IMG/VR virus record: IMGVR_UViG_3300047567_000019
DNA: 64,000 bases
Direction: 5' to 3' (one strand)
DNA from: an uncultured virus (IMG/VR IMGVR_UViG_3300047567_000019)
Lineage: Duplodnaviria; Heunggongvirae; Uroviricota; Caudoviricetes
The translations under genes were made by a program, and so were the position numbers. Shown one piece after another: positions 41,687 through 54,176 of this stretch. How positions within the stretch are numbered: the stretch's first letter is position 1; each line of letters begins with the position of its first letter. The notes beneath the pieces are model-generated. The model was given only the letters and a program-made list of their open reading frames with translations. It searched no databases and was not told the origin of the DNA.

Positions 41687-42043
41687 TCACCGCCCTACCG
41701 GTCGCCGCGCTCGCGGTGAATCTTCTCGTGGCACGAACGACAAAGGCTCATGAGATTGGACTCGTCGTTCGTTCCTCCTTCGGCAGAGAGGAATGATGTG
41801 GTGGACTTCCTCGACCGCGACGTAGCGTCCTTCCTTCAAGCACTGCTCACAGAGCGGATGCTTGTGGACGTACCTGTCACGGATTCGTTTCCAAGCTCTG
41901 CCGTAGCGTTTGCCGGGAGAGTAGCCGCGCTGGAACTTCTCGTAGTGCTGTTCCATGACCTTGGCGTGCTCCTCGCAGTAGACACCGTCCGTCAGGTTCG
42001 GGCAGCCGGGAAAGCGGCACGGTCGTTTTGGTTTCCTTGGCAT
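41687..42043 (-). CDS. HNH endonuclease (cos-packaging associated; frameshift near the end)
   Basis: W.RIR..Y...HPLCEQC...EEVHHIIPL; NLMSLCRSCH in the shifted frame. Confidence 0.88.
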   Translation of the reverse strand: MPRKPKRPCRFPGCPNLTDGVYCEEHAKVMEQHYEKFQRGYSPGKRYGRAWKRIRDRYVHKHPLCEQCLKEGRYVAVEEVHHIIPLCRRRNERRVQSHEPLSFVPREDSPRARRPVGR

Positions 42044-42204
42044 AAGCCGCGCCTCCTTTCGGGCAAAGAAAAAGCCCTGCAGGATAATCCCACAAGGCTT
42101 GGTGGCTGCGCGTGCAGCCGTTTCTTTATTCTGTTTCGCTGATTATATACTATCATAAGTACAGGGTGGGCATCTTAGGACAAATGTGGACATTTCGGGC
42201 GCAT

Positions 42205-42632
42205 TTCAAATTTCGATAGGATTTTCCGGGAGAGATGCATGCAGCAGTGCGTTTCCGTGCCAGCGCCTAATGGTGCGGGCGTCGGCACACAGCTCGTTGC
42301 CGATCTGCTCCCATGTATAGTTGTGGATGTACCGGTACTTCAAAACCATGCGCTCGTCGGTGTCCGGAACCGCCTCGATCACTTCCCGGATCTGTTTTTC
42401 AGGTCAGAGAGCATTTCAAGCTCCCGTGCAATTTTCTGTTCCAGTCCCAGAGCTTTTCAAGTGTCCGGACAAAGGGTGCCTCGGTATTCCTTGATGTCTG
42501 CACCCGGTCTTTATCATATTGGATAGCCGACACGCTGCCCGCCATCTCACGAAGGTTCTGGGCTTCCATCGTATCGGACTTGATTCTCTGATCAAGGCGG
42601 TAGGCCTGATGGAGATATTCTTTTACTGTCAT
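42205..42632 (-). CDS. ArpU/RinA-like late activator (frameshifted; 3' end approximate)
   Basis: MTVKEYLHQAYRLDQRI; later VLKYRY...TWEQI. Confidence 0.7.
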
Positions 42633-42858
42633 TTAGGCGTTTAGCCTCCTCTCGTAGTTTTTGTATTAGGTACTCGCCGTCCACGCTCGTCAGGGTCTTG
42701 TACCAGCCGGAGCGGAAGAACCGCTCACACTCCATCGCATCTGCCATAGCCGCCTGATTGCTGGACTTCTTTTTCAGGCGCTTTATGGCATCCCGGTAAT
42801 CCTTCACGGCCTGCAGCACGATTGCGTTGGCGAGGTTTTCATACGGATCAGCCATCAC
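42633..42858 (-). CDS. Phage hypothetical protein
   Basis: YENLANAIVLQAVKDYR...ERFFRSGW. Confidence 0.75.
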
Positions 42859-44205
42859 ACCACCTCGGCCTTGACCGCGTCGATCAGTGCGGACTGCGTC
42901 ATTTCCTTTCTTGGTGAGTGCCCTTTAGATCCGCTCATCGATGGTGCCCTTTCGTGATGATGTGCTGGATCACAACGGTGCCGGATTCTTGGCCTTGTCT
43001 CCAGAGGCGGGCGTTGGTCTGCTGGTAGAATTCCAGCGACCATGTGAGCCCGAACCAGACAAGGGTGGAGCCGCCGGCCTGAAGGTTTAAGCCGTGACCG
43101 GCAGAGGCTGGATGGATGACTGCTACAGGAATCTTTCCCGCATTCCAGTCAGCGATATCGCGGCTTGTCTTGATCTCCCGGACATTGAAGCGGTTCTTGA
43201 TGCGGGATAAGTCGTGCCGGAACCAGTAGGCCACAAGAAGCGGCTTTTCATTGGCGGCCTCGATGATATCCTCCAAAGCGTCCAGCTTCCGGTCGTGAAA
43301 CTCGATGATTTCGCCGGTATCCGCATAAATCGCGCCGTTGGCCAGCTGGGAGAGCTTTCCGGTAAGCGATGCTGCATTGGCAGCGGTGACTTCGCCGTCC
43401 GGGAGCTGCAGGATGAGCTCCTGCTTCAAATCCTCGTAGCGGTCGCGCTCGGATTCGGAAAGCTGCACCTCATATTGCGTGGAAACCAGCTCCGGCATCT
43501 TCAGGTGGTCGGTCGACTTCATGGAAATCGTGATATCCGAGATTTTCCGGTAAATGGCGTCCTCCGCATAGGGCAGCGGCTTGTAGGAGTAGATGATCTC
43601 GCCGTTTCGCTTGTCCGGCATGAAGTAATTTGTCCGGTACTGCGTGATGAAGCGTCCGAGGCGCTCTCCCATATCCAGCACCTTGAACTCTGCCCACAGA
43701 TCCATGAGACCGTTGGAGGAAGGTGTGCCGGTAAGACCGATAATGCGATGGAGCCGTGGGTCGCACCTTCATCAGGGACTTGAAGCGCTTTGACTTGTGG
43801 TTTTTGAAGGACGAGAGCTCGTCGATAATCACCATATCGTAGTCAAAGGGAAAGCCGGACTCGTCGATCAGCCACTGCAGGTTCTCACGGTTGATAATCG
43901 TGATATCCGCATTCTGCATCAGCGCCGCCTTTCGCTCCTTGGCAGTCCCGACTGCGACCGCATAGGTCAGACCCGCAAGGTGACTCCATTTCTGGATTTC
44001 CGCAGGCCATGTATCACGGGCGACTCGTAAGGGAGCGACGACCAGCACCCGGCGGACCTCGAAGCTGTCAAACAGGAGGTCTATACACGGCAGTCAGGCT
44101 GATGACCGTTTTGCCAAGTCCCATATCCAGCAGGACAGCCGCGACGGGATGCTTTTCGATATAGCGGATGGCATAGTCCTGATAATCATGTGGCGTGAAG
44201 TTCAT
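42855..44205 (-). CDS. SNF2-family helicase (frameshifted)
   Basis: DMGLGKT, IIDELS, LTGTP, SAGHGLNLQ, QTNARLWRQGQ. Confidence 0.92.
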
Positions 44206-44473
44206 CAAGCATCCCTCCAATCTGTTCTGTGTCGTCGATAACGTAAACCTTGAATCCCAGCTTCCGAAGGAGCCGGTGTCTTGCCAGCTGGAGCGGGCGC
44301 GGTTTCTTTCCCGGAGCCTTGAGCTCGGCAAAAGCAATGACTCCTCCCGGAAGAAGGACAAGCCTGTCCGGCATCCCGTCAAAGCCGGGAGAGACAAACT
44401 TGGGAGCTATGCCGCCCATTGATTTCACTGTATTTACGAGCTTTTTCTCGATTGTCTTTTCATCTATCTGCAT
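44186..44473 (-). CDS. VRR-NUC domain nuclease
   Basis: EK.IE..L, GMPDR, ELK.PG...RPLQ. Confidence 0.9.
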   Translation of the reverse strand: MQIDEKTIEKKLVNTVKSMGGIAPKFVSPGFDGMPDRLVLLPGGVIAFAELKAPGKKPRPLQLARHRLLRKLGFKVYVIDDTEQIGGMLDELHAT

Positions 44474-44612
44474 CTCATTCATCTCCTTTGAGTGGACAAG
44501 TAGGGACAAATGGACAGCTTTTTCCTATATTTACCTACGCGCGTGTACGCAGGTGCCTGTGTGGCCCCTATTTCTGTTTTCCGAATTAAATAAAGGGTAA
44601 AAGTTGTCCTTG

Positions 44613-47003
44613 TCCAGAGGTTGTCCATTACTATGTTTGCGTTCGTACAGGCGCTGACGGCCATAAAGCGGTTGGGAAGCCCTGCGATTGGTGCGCTTCC
44701 AGCCGTCCACCTGTGTCATAAGTGCCGCGATGGCATAAGAGTCGGAGGGCTTCAGAGTCAGCGATGTTCCTGCCGAAGCATTCACACCAGATTTCCGCAT
44801 TGCTGACTTCGGTGCGTTGCACGGTGCCGGAATCAGAAGTGATGTCGTCACCGTCAAGGAAATTCCGACGCTGGTACAGATCCATCTCAGACCAGTTTTC
44901 CGGCAGGAGCTTTGACAGGTACTGTTCCACGAGACCTTGACGCTCGTCTGATTCCATAGCGCTTCGCTGGGCTTCTTCAGCTTCCTCAAGAAGGTCACCC
45001 TCGAGATACAGCTTTTCGCCTTGCTCGTAGTAATACTTGGCCTCCGCCCATATCTGGTCACGTTCCTCGGGACGTGATTTTCCAGCGCACGGCATTTTCA
45101 GTCTGGCGGCATTTCACGATCCAGAAGCGGCGGTTCCCGGTGATATCACGGAGATATCCATGCTCGCCGTTGACCGTAGCGACCACGACACACTGCCTCG
45201 GATGACTTTCGACCACCTTGCCGTAGCTGGGGCGGTACTTGTCGTCCGAGGTAGAGAGGAAGGACTTGACCTTCTCGATGTCGGCCTTTTTCATACCGGC
45301 CAGCTCGCCGATCTCAATGATCCAGAAGCCCTGCAGCTTTTCCGCACCGGACTTGTCGTCCATATCGGTAAGCGAAAGGGCGTCGGAGAAATATTCATCA
45401 CCGGCCAGCGCCTTCCACATGGTGCTCTTGCCGATACCCTGAGCGCCGTCGAGGACGGGAACGGTATCGAACTTGGTGCCGGGATGGTAGATGCGGGTCA
45501 CGGCGGCCACTAAGGTCTTCCTTGTAACTGCCCGGACATATTTCGAGTCATCCGCCTGCAGGCACTTGATAAAGATCTCGAATCAACGCGAGGAACCCTG
45601 ATCCCATTCGGCAGGTCGTTTAAGTAGTTCCTGACCGGGATGGAACCGGCGGTCATCGGCCACCTTGGTAAAGCTGACATTGTGGTTTCTGTCGGAGAAG
45701 CAGACATAGCGGATGTCGATCATGGCTTTAAGCTGCGCCGTATCGGCATCGCGCCAGAACTTATTGTCAGCAGGACGATCCCACGGAACATCGCCGATGA
45801 CCTGAATGCGGTTAGCCATCTCGTTATAGGCAAAGCCCTGACAGTCCGGATCGTTGTTCAGGATCAGCATCTCATTCCATACGCTGTTCTGAAGGACAGT
45901 GCTGCGGGACTGGTATTGGAGCTTGGCTTTCCAGTCATCATCGGAGCCGTCATCTGTAGCGGCAAAGTCCTCACCGGCCTGCGCCTGTTTCTCTTTCAGC
46001 AGCAGGATTTTCACCTTGTCACAGCCGGAGGCAAAATCCATCATGGCCTTATAGGACGGCATCTTCGACGGGTTGACTCGTCCAGCACATCCTTGTCCAG
46101 ATCCCTGAAGCGGTGAATGCGGACAAGGTCAAACGCATTCAGAGCTTTTTGCAGGCAGGGTCTGAGTGAGTGGTGCGAATACAGGAACTTGTCTCCGTAG
46201 GAAACAGCACCGGCAGGGACTGTCCGCCGGGATATAGTCGTAGCGGTTCTCGTCATCGGTCGGCGCATATACATCGGAGAAGAACTCCGGGATAAGCTCC
46301 GAGATCGGATAAGCCCGGCAGAACGCACCGATGACTCCCGGCTTGGCAAGCGGATCAGCCTGCTTGCTGGCACCGTGGTCTTCCACGCAGGACTCACGGG
46401 AGGATACCGGCCATGTGCTGGAGTCCTGCCAGACATCATATTTGGCAAGGTAGTCATCCGGGTTCAGGCGACGCCGTCTTTTTCCTTGAAGACATACTCG
46501 CCGTTGACGGAAGTGGAAGGCCAGTACATGAGGCGGTTGGCCTCATAGGTGCTGTCGTCGAACATGTCGATGCCGACTTCCTTGGCGAACATTCTGGCGA
46601 CTGGCTCATATTCGGCCTCGCTGATCTCACGGGAGAGCGGGATCACCAGACGCAGCCTCGGATTTTCCGGTGTATGCTTATGCGTCGAGTGGCACAGGCA
46701 CTGGTACGGGATTTTGCTGATGGTGGTATCCCACACATCCGGCTCGCCGTAGTCCATGTCGAGAGTCAGCATGGAGCGGCAAAGCACATATCCCTTTTTA
46801 CGGCGACCGTTCCGAAGATGCCCGCCCACGAAACCGCCGATGTCTTTGATGTCTGCCTGCTGGGCTTTGGACATCTTGCGGTATTCCTCAATGGTCTCCG
46901 TGGTGCGGACGGTGTTCTGGAATCTGGCCTTTAAGGCATCCATCGAAGTGTCGCCGTTTTTCCATTTGATAGCCTTGCGGCTATTGGCGGTGGCGTATTT
47001 CAT
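44613..47003 (-). CDS. Primase/VapE (VirE) helicase (frameshifted; 3' end approximate)
   Basis: KDIGGFVGG, STHKH..PRLR, GAQGIGKST, LRDITGNRRF. Confidence 0.88.
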
Positions 47004-47329
47004 CAGTCGTACACCTCCTGCGATTCATCCTCGAGCACCTTCGTGATGAACTTCAGCGCCCGGATCATGGTTTCCAGTTCGCAGTCGCCGCCGAGGGTAA
47101 CCTCAAACTCGCTGCCGCCGATAGCTGTCCATGAAACGGACATGGATATCTGTGCTGGCTTCATCCTTGATGCGGAAATAGGTGCGTCCGCCGTGGCCGG
47201 TGTCGCCACCCTGTAGCCGTTCGTACCGGCTTCGACCTGCAGGATGTTGCAGCTGACCACCTCGCGGGTGTAAGTTGTGATCTCGGTGCCGTCTTCGAGT
47301 TTTCTGCGTTTTCTTTAACTTCATACATG
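47003..47329 (-). CDS. Phage hypothetical protein (frameshifted)
   Basis: NILQVEAGTNG..GGDTGHGGRT...LGGDCEL. Confidence 0.65.
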
Positions 47330-47755
47330 GTGTTAGACCTCCTGACATTCTTCTGTGAAATAGCGCAAGTGGTAGCCTTTCCACTTGGCACGTTTGATTT
47401 CTGCTTCCATCCCGGATGAGATGCGGCTTCCGAACACCCAGACCTCTGCGCACTTGCTCATAAGCGCATTCCCGAAGAAGAGACCGAGCTCGCGCTCCGA
47501 TCGGGTCGTCGTCGTTCAGGAACTGCGGATACAGCAGGTGCGGAGCGATGGGAATGAAGCCCTTGTCCACGGCAAAGCGGCAGTAGCGTCTGGCCGCAGC
47601 CACGTTTCCCTCCACATCTCCGGAATAGGGAGAGCAGATGTAGACGATAGGCCGGAAGGCACGAAGGACTGCTTCTCATTGGCGGCAATCCGGGAGATCG
47701 CCTCACCTGCAGTCGGGTCAGGATAGCCTTCGCTGTTTCGATAATCGTTACTCAA
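47330..47755 (-). CDS. DUF4406-like nucleoside deoxyribosyltransferase-fold protein (frameshifted)
   Basis: NSEGYPDPTA, YICSPY, PIAPHLLYPQF, ISSGM..EI. Confidence 0.7.
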
Positions 47756-47804
47756 ACCTTGAGTCCTCCTTTCCGGGCAGACTTAAAAGGCGTCCACCTC
47801 TAAT

Positions 47805-47837
47805 TTCCACTGGAGATGAACGCCTGATTTGAGCGGA
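47805..47837 (-). promoter_or_regulatory. Motif A copy 3
   Basis: ttccactggagatga-acgcctg-atttgagcgga; between the polymerase and the primase operon. Confidence 0.75.
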
Positions 47838-47843
47838 CGATAT

Positions 47844-49846
47844 TTAATCTTTTTTGTAGAAGGGCGTGGTGTAACCGTCTGCGCGGAGCTGCAAGCCGCG
47901 AGCCCACGGCGGAGTCCTGCCCATCTGCTCACAGAGAACGTCAAGGGACATGCGAGGATCAGCCTCAATGACCAGCTCGTCGTGGATATGCATGACGATG
48001 GAGCAGCAGTTCCTAAGCGTCTTCATGGCATAGCAGAGAATGTCGCGGCTGGTCGCCTGCACGATGTTTTCCACAAATTTCGGGCCGTATGAGTCGAGCC
48101 GTTCCCACTTTCTTCGTGGCTCCGACGCCTTCATAGGTGATACACTCGCCGCCGAACTTGTTCGTGCCGACCTTGGGCTTTACATAGGCGAGGTTCCTGC
48201 CGGACGGCAGCGTGATAAAGAGCATCCCGGAGCGGCAGGAAAAGGTCAGCCCGTAGGCTGGTCGTGTGCTTATGCTTTACGGCCTCCATGACCGCCCGGT
48301 CGACATCCCACCAGAATTTCACGATGTGCGGATTGGTCTGCCGCCAAGCATCCACCAGCGGAGGAAGCTCATCTTCGGACAAGCCCATCTCGATAGCACC
48401 CATCGCCTTTAATGCACCGACCGAGCCGCCATAGCCGAGCGCGAGTTCTGCGATCTTACCTTTTTGCCGCAGGTGGCCGTTGACGCCGTGCTTCTCAACC
48501 GGAACATGGAACATCTGGGACGCGCTGGCGCAGTATATGTCGCCGCCGTCTGCAAAGACCTTCTGCCGCCACATCTCACCGGCATACCAAGCGATGACGC
48601 GGGCTTCGATGGCAGAAAAGTCGGAAACATAAAGCTGCGTGCCGTCCTTCGGAATAAATGCTGTCCGGATAAGCTGCGAGAGCGTGTCCGGCACATCTTC
48701 ATACAGGAGCTTCACGGCATCGAAGTCGCCGGATTTCACAAGGGCGCGGGCATCGGCCAGATCCTCCAGATGGTTCTGCGGGAGGTTTTGCAATTGGATC
48801 AGCCTGCCTGCCCAGCGACCGGTGCGGTTGGCTCCGTAAAACATGAACATGCCGCGAGCCCTGCCATCATCGCAGACCGCCCGTTCCATCGTCTGATATT
48901 TCTTGACGGAGGATTTGGCAAGCTGCTGGCGGAGCTCCAGAACAGTCTGAAGCTTCGGAGGGAGCGGTCTTTATGAGTTCGGCCACGACCTTCTTTCCAA
49001 GGCTGTCGGTTTCGAGGCCGTTGTCGGAGAGCCACTGCTTCATTTGCTGGACGGAGTTGGGATTGTCGAGCTCCGTAATATCCTTCATGGCCGTGGTCAG
49101 TTCTGTCCGGGAGCGGGTGTCCATCTCGATGCCTTCTGCCACCAGATCCATATCAAGGCGGACGCCACGGTCGTTGATTTCCTGATCGATGTGGTATTCA
49201 TCCCAGACGAAGTCCGGTACCGGGAAATTCGTAAGGCGCTGCTGAATCGCCATCTCGACTTCGACGTCCCTTTTGTTATATGCTTTGAAGGTTTCCCACT
49301 TCTCAGGATCATGGAAGGGCATGTTACGGGTGCGGCCTCCGTTGGCTTTGGTAGGAGCGCAGGGCACGGAGAAGTATTTGATGAGCGCCTTGCCCTCGTC
49401 CATCTTCTGATCTTCGAGCTTTCAACACCTGACCGACGCCTTTCAGGGAAAGCGGCAGTCCCATCGTGGCCGCCCAGACCATAGAGCAGCGCCAGCCTTC
49501 CGGATTCAGAGAACCGGGCGCACTCTGTGGAGAGCGGGTGGTTATCATGGAAGGGATCAAGGCTGACGCCAAGATCGGAAAGATACCGGGACAGGCAGAC
49601 TCGTTCAAAGTTTGCATTGAAAGCCCACTTTGTCATGTCATCGTCTGTCAGGGCATCGATGATTTCCTGCGGGATATGTTCTCCCTGTGCAAGGTCAATG
49701 ACCTGCACCTTGCCGCCATCGACCGCATAGCCGAAGAGCAGGATCTCAAAGTTCGGAGACTCCGCGTATTTGTATACGCCGCACTTGTTCAGGTCGATGT
49801 CGGAGAAGGTTTCTATATCTATACTGATGTTTTTCAATAGGATCAC
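47844..49846 (-). CDS. Phage family-A DNA polymerase (frameshifted)
   Basis: SIDIETFS, YGANRTGRWAG, DFSAIEARV, KGKIAELALGYGG, HIHDE. Confidence 0.92.
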
Positions 49847-50148
49847 CTCAATTCAAACAGGCGGCTAAGATGCTCCTAAGCCGCCTGCCGCTACTTTATT
49901 TTCTAAGGACTTCATACGCTTCTCGTGGTACTCAACGTCGCGGGCGGCCTGTTCTTTCTCGCGCTGTTACGTTCCTCATGGCATCTTGCGGTCGCGTTCA
50001 GCGGATTCCACCTCGCGCTTTTCACGCTTGCGGTCGTTGGAAAACTCTGGACCACGCCCATAGACAGGAACGATGCTGACAGCCATGTAGCGATGAGGAT
50101 AGTTGCAGAGATTGTCTGAAGACTGTCACGTTCATAGTCGCACCTCCA

Positions 50149-50719
50149 TCAGTTCAGGAAATCTTCGTCGTCATCGGTAGCGAAGTCGGACTCAGCGCTG
50201 GCCTTGCCGCCGAGAGGCTCACCGTCACGGATCTTCTGCAGGTTGTTGAGCCCGCAGGCGATGCCCTTGTTGCCGGAAGAGTTGAAGGCGTAGAAGGTGA
50301 TGCTGGCTCTGCCGTACACACCGGAGTACACCTCGGAGCGGGTCAGGATCGGATTCAGATCTGCATCCACGATGCCGGGAGCCGAGGTGGCGTTGGCATT
50401 GACGAAGTAGGCGTTCTTGTAAGCCTCGTCGTCCGGGCGCTCTGCGTCGCCGTCGCGAAGAGGAGTCTTCAGACGGAGAGAGCCGGTACGGACTTGCCGT
50501 TGCCCTTGAGCTTGGCCTCGCCCTCCTTGTAGGCAGCTTCGATGGCGGCCTTGATCTTGGCGATGGTCTTGGTGTCGGACTTCGGGATGATGAGGCTCAC
50601 GCTGTACTTGGGAGTGCCGCCGTTGATGGACTTCGGCTCCCAGACGTTTGCATAGCTCCAGCGGGTGTCGGACCGGTGATAACCTTCATGGGATTGCTGA
50701 TTTTTACATTCTTACTCAT
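50149..50719 (-). CDS. DUF2815 ssDNA-binding protein (frameshifted)
   Basis: C-terminal half nearly identical to 2122-2694. Confidence 0.9.
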
Positions 50720-51846
50720 AATCGTTTTCCTCCATAAAATCATTTTTTGCTGTATTCATGGCCGGGCGCTTATCGGACTCCGGCACAAGTGTGGGTTTGC
50801 CCTGCGGCTTTTCGATGTAGGCCGTCAGGAGTTCATCAAAGCGGGACTTGCCGAGGAGCTTCTGCATGGCGGTGATGCCGAGCAGCTTCTTCTCATACGG
50901 GTCAAAGCCCGCGTTCTCGACCGCATCGGCGACTGCGGCCTCGTTGGTGTACCTGCGGTTGGAGCGGCCTTCGACGAGCTTGAAGCCGACCATTCCTTAC
51001 CGGAGAGCGCCTGCTGGAGGGCGTATTCCTTGATGTCGGAAGCCCAGCTGACCAGCTCGTCCACCTTTCCGAGGATGACCTCGATCTCCGTATCTGTGAG
51101 CAGCGGCGGGAGCTTGAAGTCGTGCTGCGCGAGCTTCAGGTTTGCTTCGGCTCTGGCACGGCACTCGTTCTTGGCCTTGCAGAATCCGCACCATTCGCCG
51201 CAGAGGAAGTTTCCGTCTCCGGCAAAGGCAAGCTCTGCAGTGGGCTTCAGTACTTCGTCCGCCCAGCGGTACAGGTCATCCTTGCTGATCTCGTAGGTGC
51301 TGACGTTCTGGCGTCTCGGCTGGTAGATGGTCATGCTGACCGTGTCGATGTCGTAGATGTCGTCGAACAGCTCCAAGGCGCCGAGGCGTAGCATTGCATC
51401 TGCGGATTTCCTCTGCGGAGACCAGAACGCCAAGCCGTGCTTGTAGTCGATCACCCGGAGCGTGCCGTCCGCGATGATGATGCAGTCGGCGGTGCCGAAG
51501 CCCTGTTCTACCCAGCGGGAGAAGTCCACGCGCTGCTCGATCAGGACGACCGGATCGGCGCAGGTCTGCTTGGCGGCCTCGACCTGTTCCAGCACGTATT
51601 CGGCATAGCCGGTGGTGCAGTCCTCCATCTCCTCGGAATACCAGGTGAGGTTTTCGGTCGGGTCTTCTGCCGGCAGCCCAGCGCCTTACGGAGCTTGTAC
51701 TCGGCAAGCGCGTGGGCGTCGGTGCCTTCAGCAGCGTAGTCGCTTCCTTTATCCTCATAGGACTCACAGAGCCTTGCGGACGGCGGGCAGTGGAGCCAGC
51801 GGTCAGAGCTTGATGCGGAGAGGATCGCGTGTGCTTTAGCTGCCAT
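50712..51846 (-). CDS. DUF2800 nuclease (frameshifted)
   Basis: Paralogue of 2687-3826. Confidence 0.9.
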
Positions 51847-52158
51847 TGCCGATCACCTCCGCGTCCTTGAGCAGGGCTTCGTAGTTTGCCGGATCAACAG
51901 CCGAGAGCTTATCGGCACCGTACTTCTGGAGCAGTTCGCGTACCTCTGCGGTATGACCGGCGCGGGACTTCTCGGCGAGAACGGCTCTCACGTCCTCCAG
52001 CTTGATTTCAGGCTTTTTTCCTTCTTGGCAGCACTTTTAGGCTCGGAGCGTCGTCGCCGGAAAACTGCTGGTAGAGCCAGTCGGCTGCGGCATTAATAGA
52101 AGCAGCAGCGCTTGTGAGTTCTTCGATGGTCTGTGCCATTTCTGCCATCTTTGACATT
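51836..52158 (-). CDS. Phage hypothetical protein (frameshifted)
   Basis: MSKMAEMAQTIEEL..WLYQQFS; paralogue of 3816-4154. Confidence 0.75.
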
Positions 52159-52311
52159 TGTTTTTCCTCCTTCCTCGGATTTGCTGCTTGCGGCAAGGAG
52201 TGAGAGGTTCCTTGCCAGTCTGGCGGATACGTGGCTGATGGTATTCAGGAGCTTGATCTCCTCGTTCACGTTGCCGCCGGTGTCTGCGTAACTGCGGTAC
52301 ATACTGTTCAC
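52093..52311 (-). CDS. Small phage hypothetical protein
   Basis: Paralogue of 4090-4299. Confidence 0.65.
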   Translation of the reverse strand: MNSMYRSYADTGGNVNEEIKLLNTISHVSARLARNLSLLAASSKSEEGGKTNVKDGRNGTDHRRTHKRCCFY

Positions 52312-52346
52312 CTCGCTTTCTGAAGGCGTTTTCTCTGTCCTTCACC

Positions 52347-52379
52347 TTCCACTGGAGATGAGCAGTCGATTTGAGCGGA
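52347..52379 (-). promoter_or_regulatory. Motif A copy 4
   Basis: ttccactggagatga-gcagtcg-atttgagcgga. Confidence 0.75.
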
Positions 52380-52457
52380 GGAATTTATAAAAAAGTTTTC
52401 CGACCACCATCCGAAGTGGGACAGTGGCCGGAAAGCTGTGGTTCGTGGTATGGGATA

Positions 52458-52965
52458 TTACTTGTCGTCTCGGTGATTCTGCTTAAGGTCAGTACGGTAC
52501 TTTTTCATCTGATCCGCGAAGGTCTTCTGCGGACGACCGAGTTCTCTTGCGATGGCTCTGTCGGAGATGCCTTCCGGGTGATCCTGCCAAAGCTGGATAA
52601 TGGTATCGGCTTCCGGATCAAGTTCACGGAGACGAGCAAAGAGCTGCTCCAGCAGCTACGGTCTGCAATTACATCTTCCATAGAAGGACTCTCGTCCGGG
52701 ATGTAATCGTACGATGGTACCGTTGCCGTCCGGGAGAGGCTGATCCAGAGAAGGGTGTCACCTGCCGCGTGATACTCGCAGCCGACGCAATCGCCGTCAC
52801 ACTTCCAGATGAAGCGGTAAGGGCACATGCACCTGCCGTGATTCTGTTCCTTGTCACGGATGCGGACGCTTCTCTATAGAAGGAATCGTGCTGCTCCTTT
52901 GTGACCGGAACCTTCTCACCGGTGCTGCGGATGTAGATGAAATACTGCTTTACTTCTTTTGACAT
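52458..52965 (-). CDS. Sigma-70 region-4-like activator (frameshifted)
   Basis: CMCP..WKCDGDC..CEYH; SDRAIARELG..QKTFADQMK; paralogue of 4442-4954. Confidence 0.75.
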
Positions 52966-53052
52966 AAATTTTTCCTCCTGTGATTTGCTGTTTGTGAGCA
53001 ATCGCAGAGGGAAAAATTCATAGGTCGTTCATCGCCTGTCTGTATTTGTAGA

Positions 53053-53081
53053 TTGATTTTTACAGACTTTTTCGATATAAT
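53053..53081 (+). promoter_or_regulatory. Sigma70-like promoter for the right cargo
   Basis: TTGATT-17-TATAAT. Confidence 0.7.
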
Positions 53082-53261
53082 AGGAATTAGTGGGAAACAC
53101 TTGGAATTACCACGAACCACGGAACCTATATATCGAGCCGATGCCAGAAGCCAATTAGCCCCTGTGACTACTTCACAAGAGCCATCCAATCGTTCGGTAG
53201 GTCGGCTGCTATAGTTCGTAAGGTTCTTAAGGTTCGACTTGAAAATTTGGAGAGAAAAACA

Positions 53262-54176
53262 GTGACAACAGATGAAAAACCACGGCTTTGTGGCGGCACC
53301 TTCTTTGTCCTGGTTCTTCAGGCACTGAAGCAGCGTGTCAAAGCGAGGCAGCATTATAAGGGCGAGAGGGATGGCCTCTCAGATCCGGAAGTCTTGATGG
53401 GGCTGATCAAAGTGATCAATCCTGAGTATCAGGAACCGAGAGAAGGAGCCCTTAAGGGAAAGACAAACGACTTTAAGTCATGCAAAACATCAACCGGACA
53501 GTATTTGCCGTTCGGCAACACACCCGAAATAGATACTTTTGACGAACACGTCCGGGATGCTTATCCGGATGCGCTGGGTGCCATGACGGAGTTCGTCGCC
53601 CGGTTTCTTGAGGTCGGTACGGTGGTCAAGAAAGATGAGCGGCTCGTGAAAGCACTGATCGACCTGATCCAGCAAGATGACAGTATCGAACCGGAAGAAG
53701 CGTTCTATATTGAGGAGAACGGCGACATAATAAAAAAGACCGCGCTTGGCGGTCTCGGTGATGTCTGCTTCCCAGCATTCCTGCTGGGCGTTTGGCACTA
53801 TGTGGTTGTAAATCGAAAAGACAACAGCGTAGGACGAGCTACCTATGACAAGTGGTGTCCTGAGCATGGCGGAGCTCCGAGGACGTATATCGGTGATATG
53901 GGCAAACACATCAGCAGGGATATCGATGTTCGGATGCCTGAAGTCAAAATGGATGACGAGATATACGATTTTGGAGATGAAGATGCCGATCAACCAGAGG
54001 TCGAGTACGACTTCGGCGATGAGGACAGGAAAACAGACACGCCTCCTCCCACGCAGCAGATAATAAACAATCCGCTGATCATTCAGCAGAAGGGCGACGG
54101 GAATGCGGTGATCCCCAATTATGGAACGGTGAATCTTACGCTTGGGAAGCACGGAGGTGGATCGAATGAGCAGTGA
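53262..54176 (+). CDS. Uncharacterised protein with an acidic linker and a C-terminal amyloid-like motif
   Basis: GGAGAG RBS with GTG start; ends IIQQKGDGNAVIPNYGTVNLTLGKHGGGSNEQ. Confidence 0.85.
   Translation: MTTDEKPRLCGGTFFVLVLQALKQRVKARQHYKGERDGLSDPEVLMGLIKVINPEYQEPREGALKGKTNDFKSCKTSTGQYLPFGNTPEIDTFDEHVRDAYPDALGAMTEFVARFLEVGTVVKKDERLVKALIDLIQQDDSIEPEEAFYIEENGDIIKKTALGGLGDVCFPAFLLGVWHYVVVNRKDNSVGRATYDKWCPEHGGAPRTYIGDMGKHISRDIDVRMPEVKMDDEIYDFGDEDADQPEVEYDFGDEDRKTDTPPPTQQIINNPLIIQQKGDGNAVIPNYGTVNLTLGKHGGGSNEQ

Noticed and set aside
41600..41710. Exact cos site between HNH and terS
   Set aside because: The location is plausible, but I cannot define the cohesive end from sequence alone.
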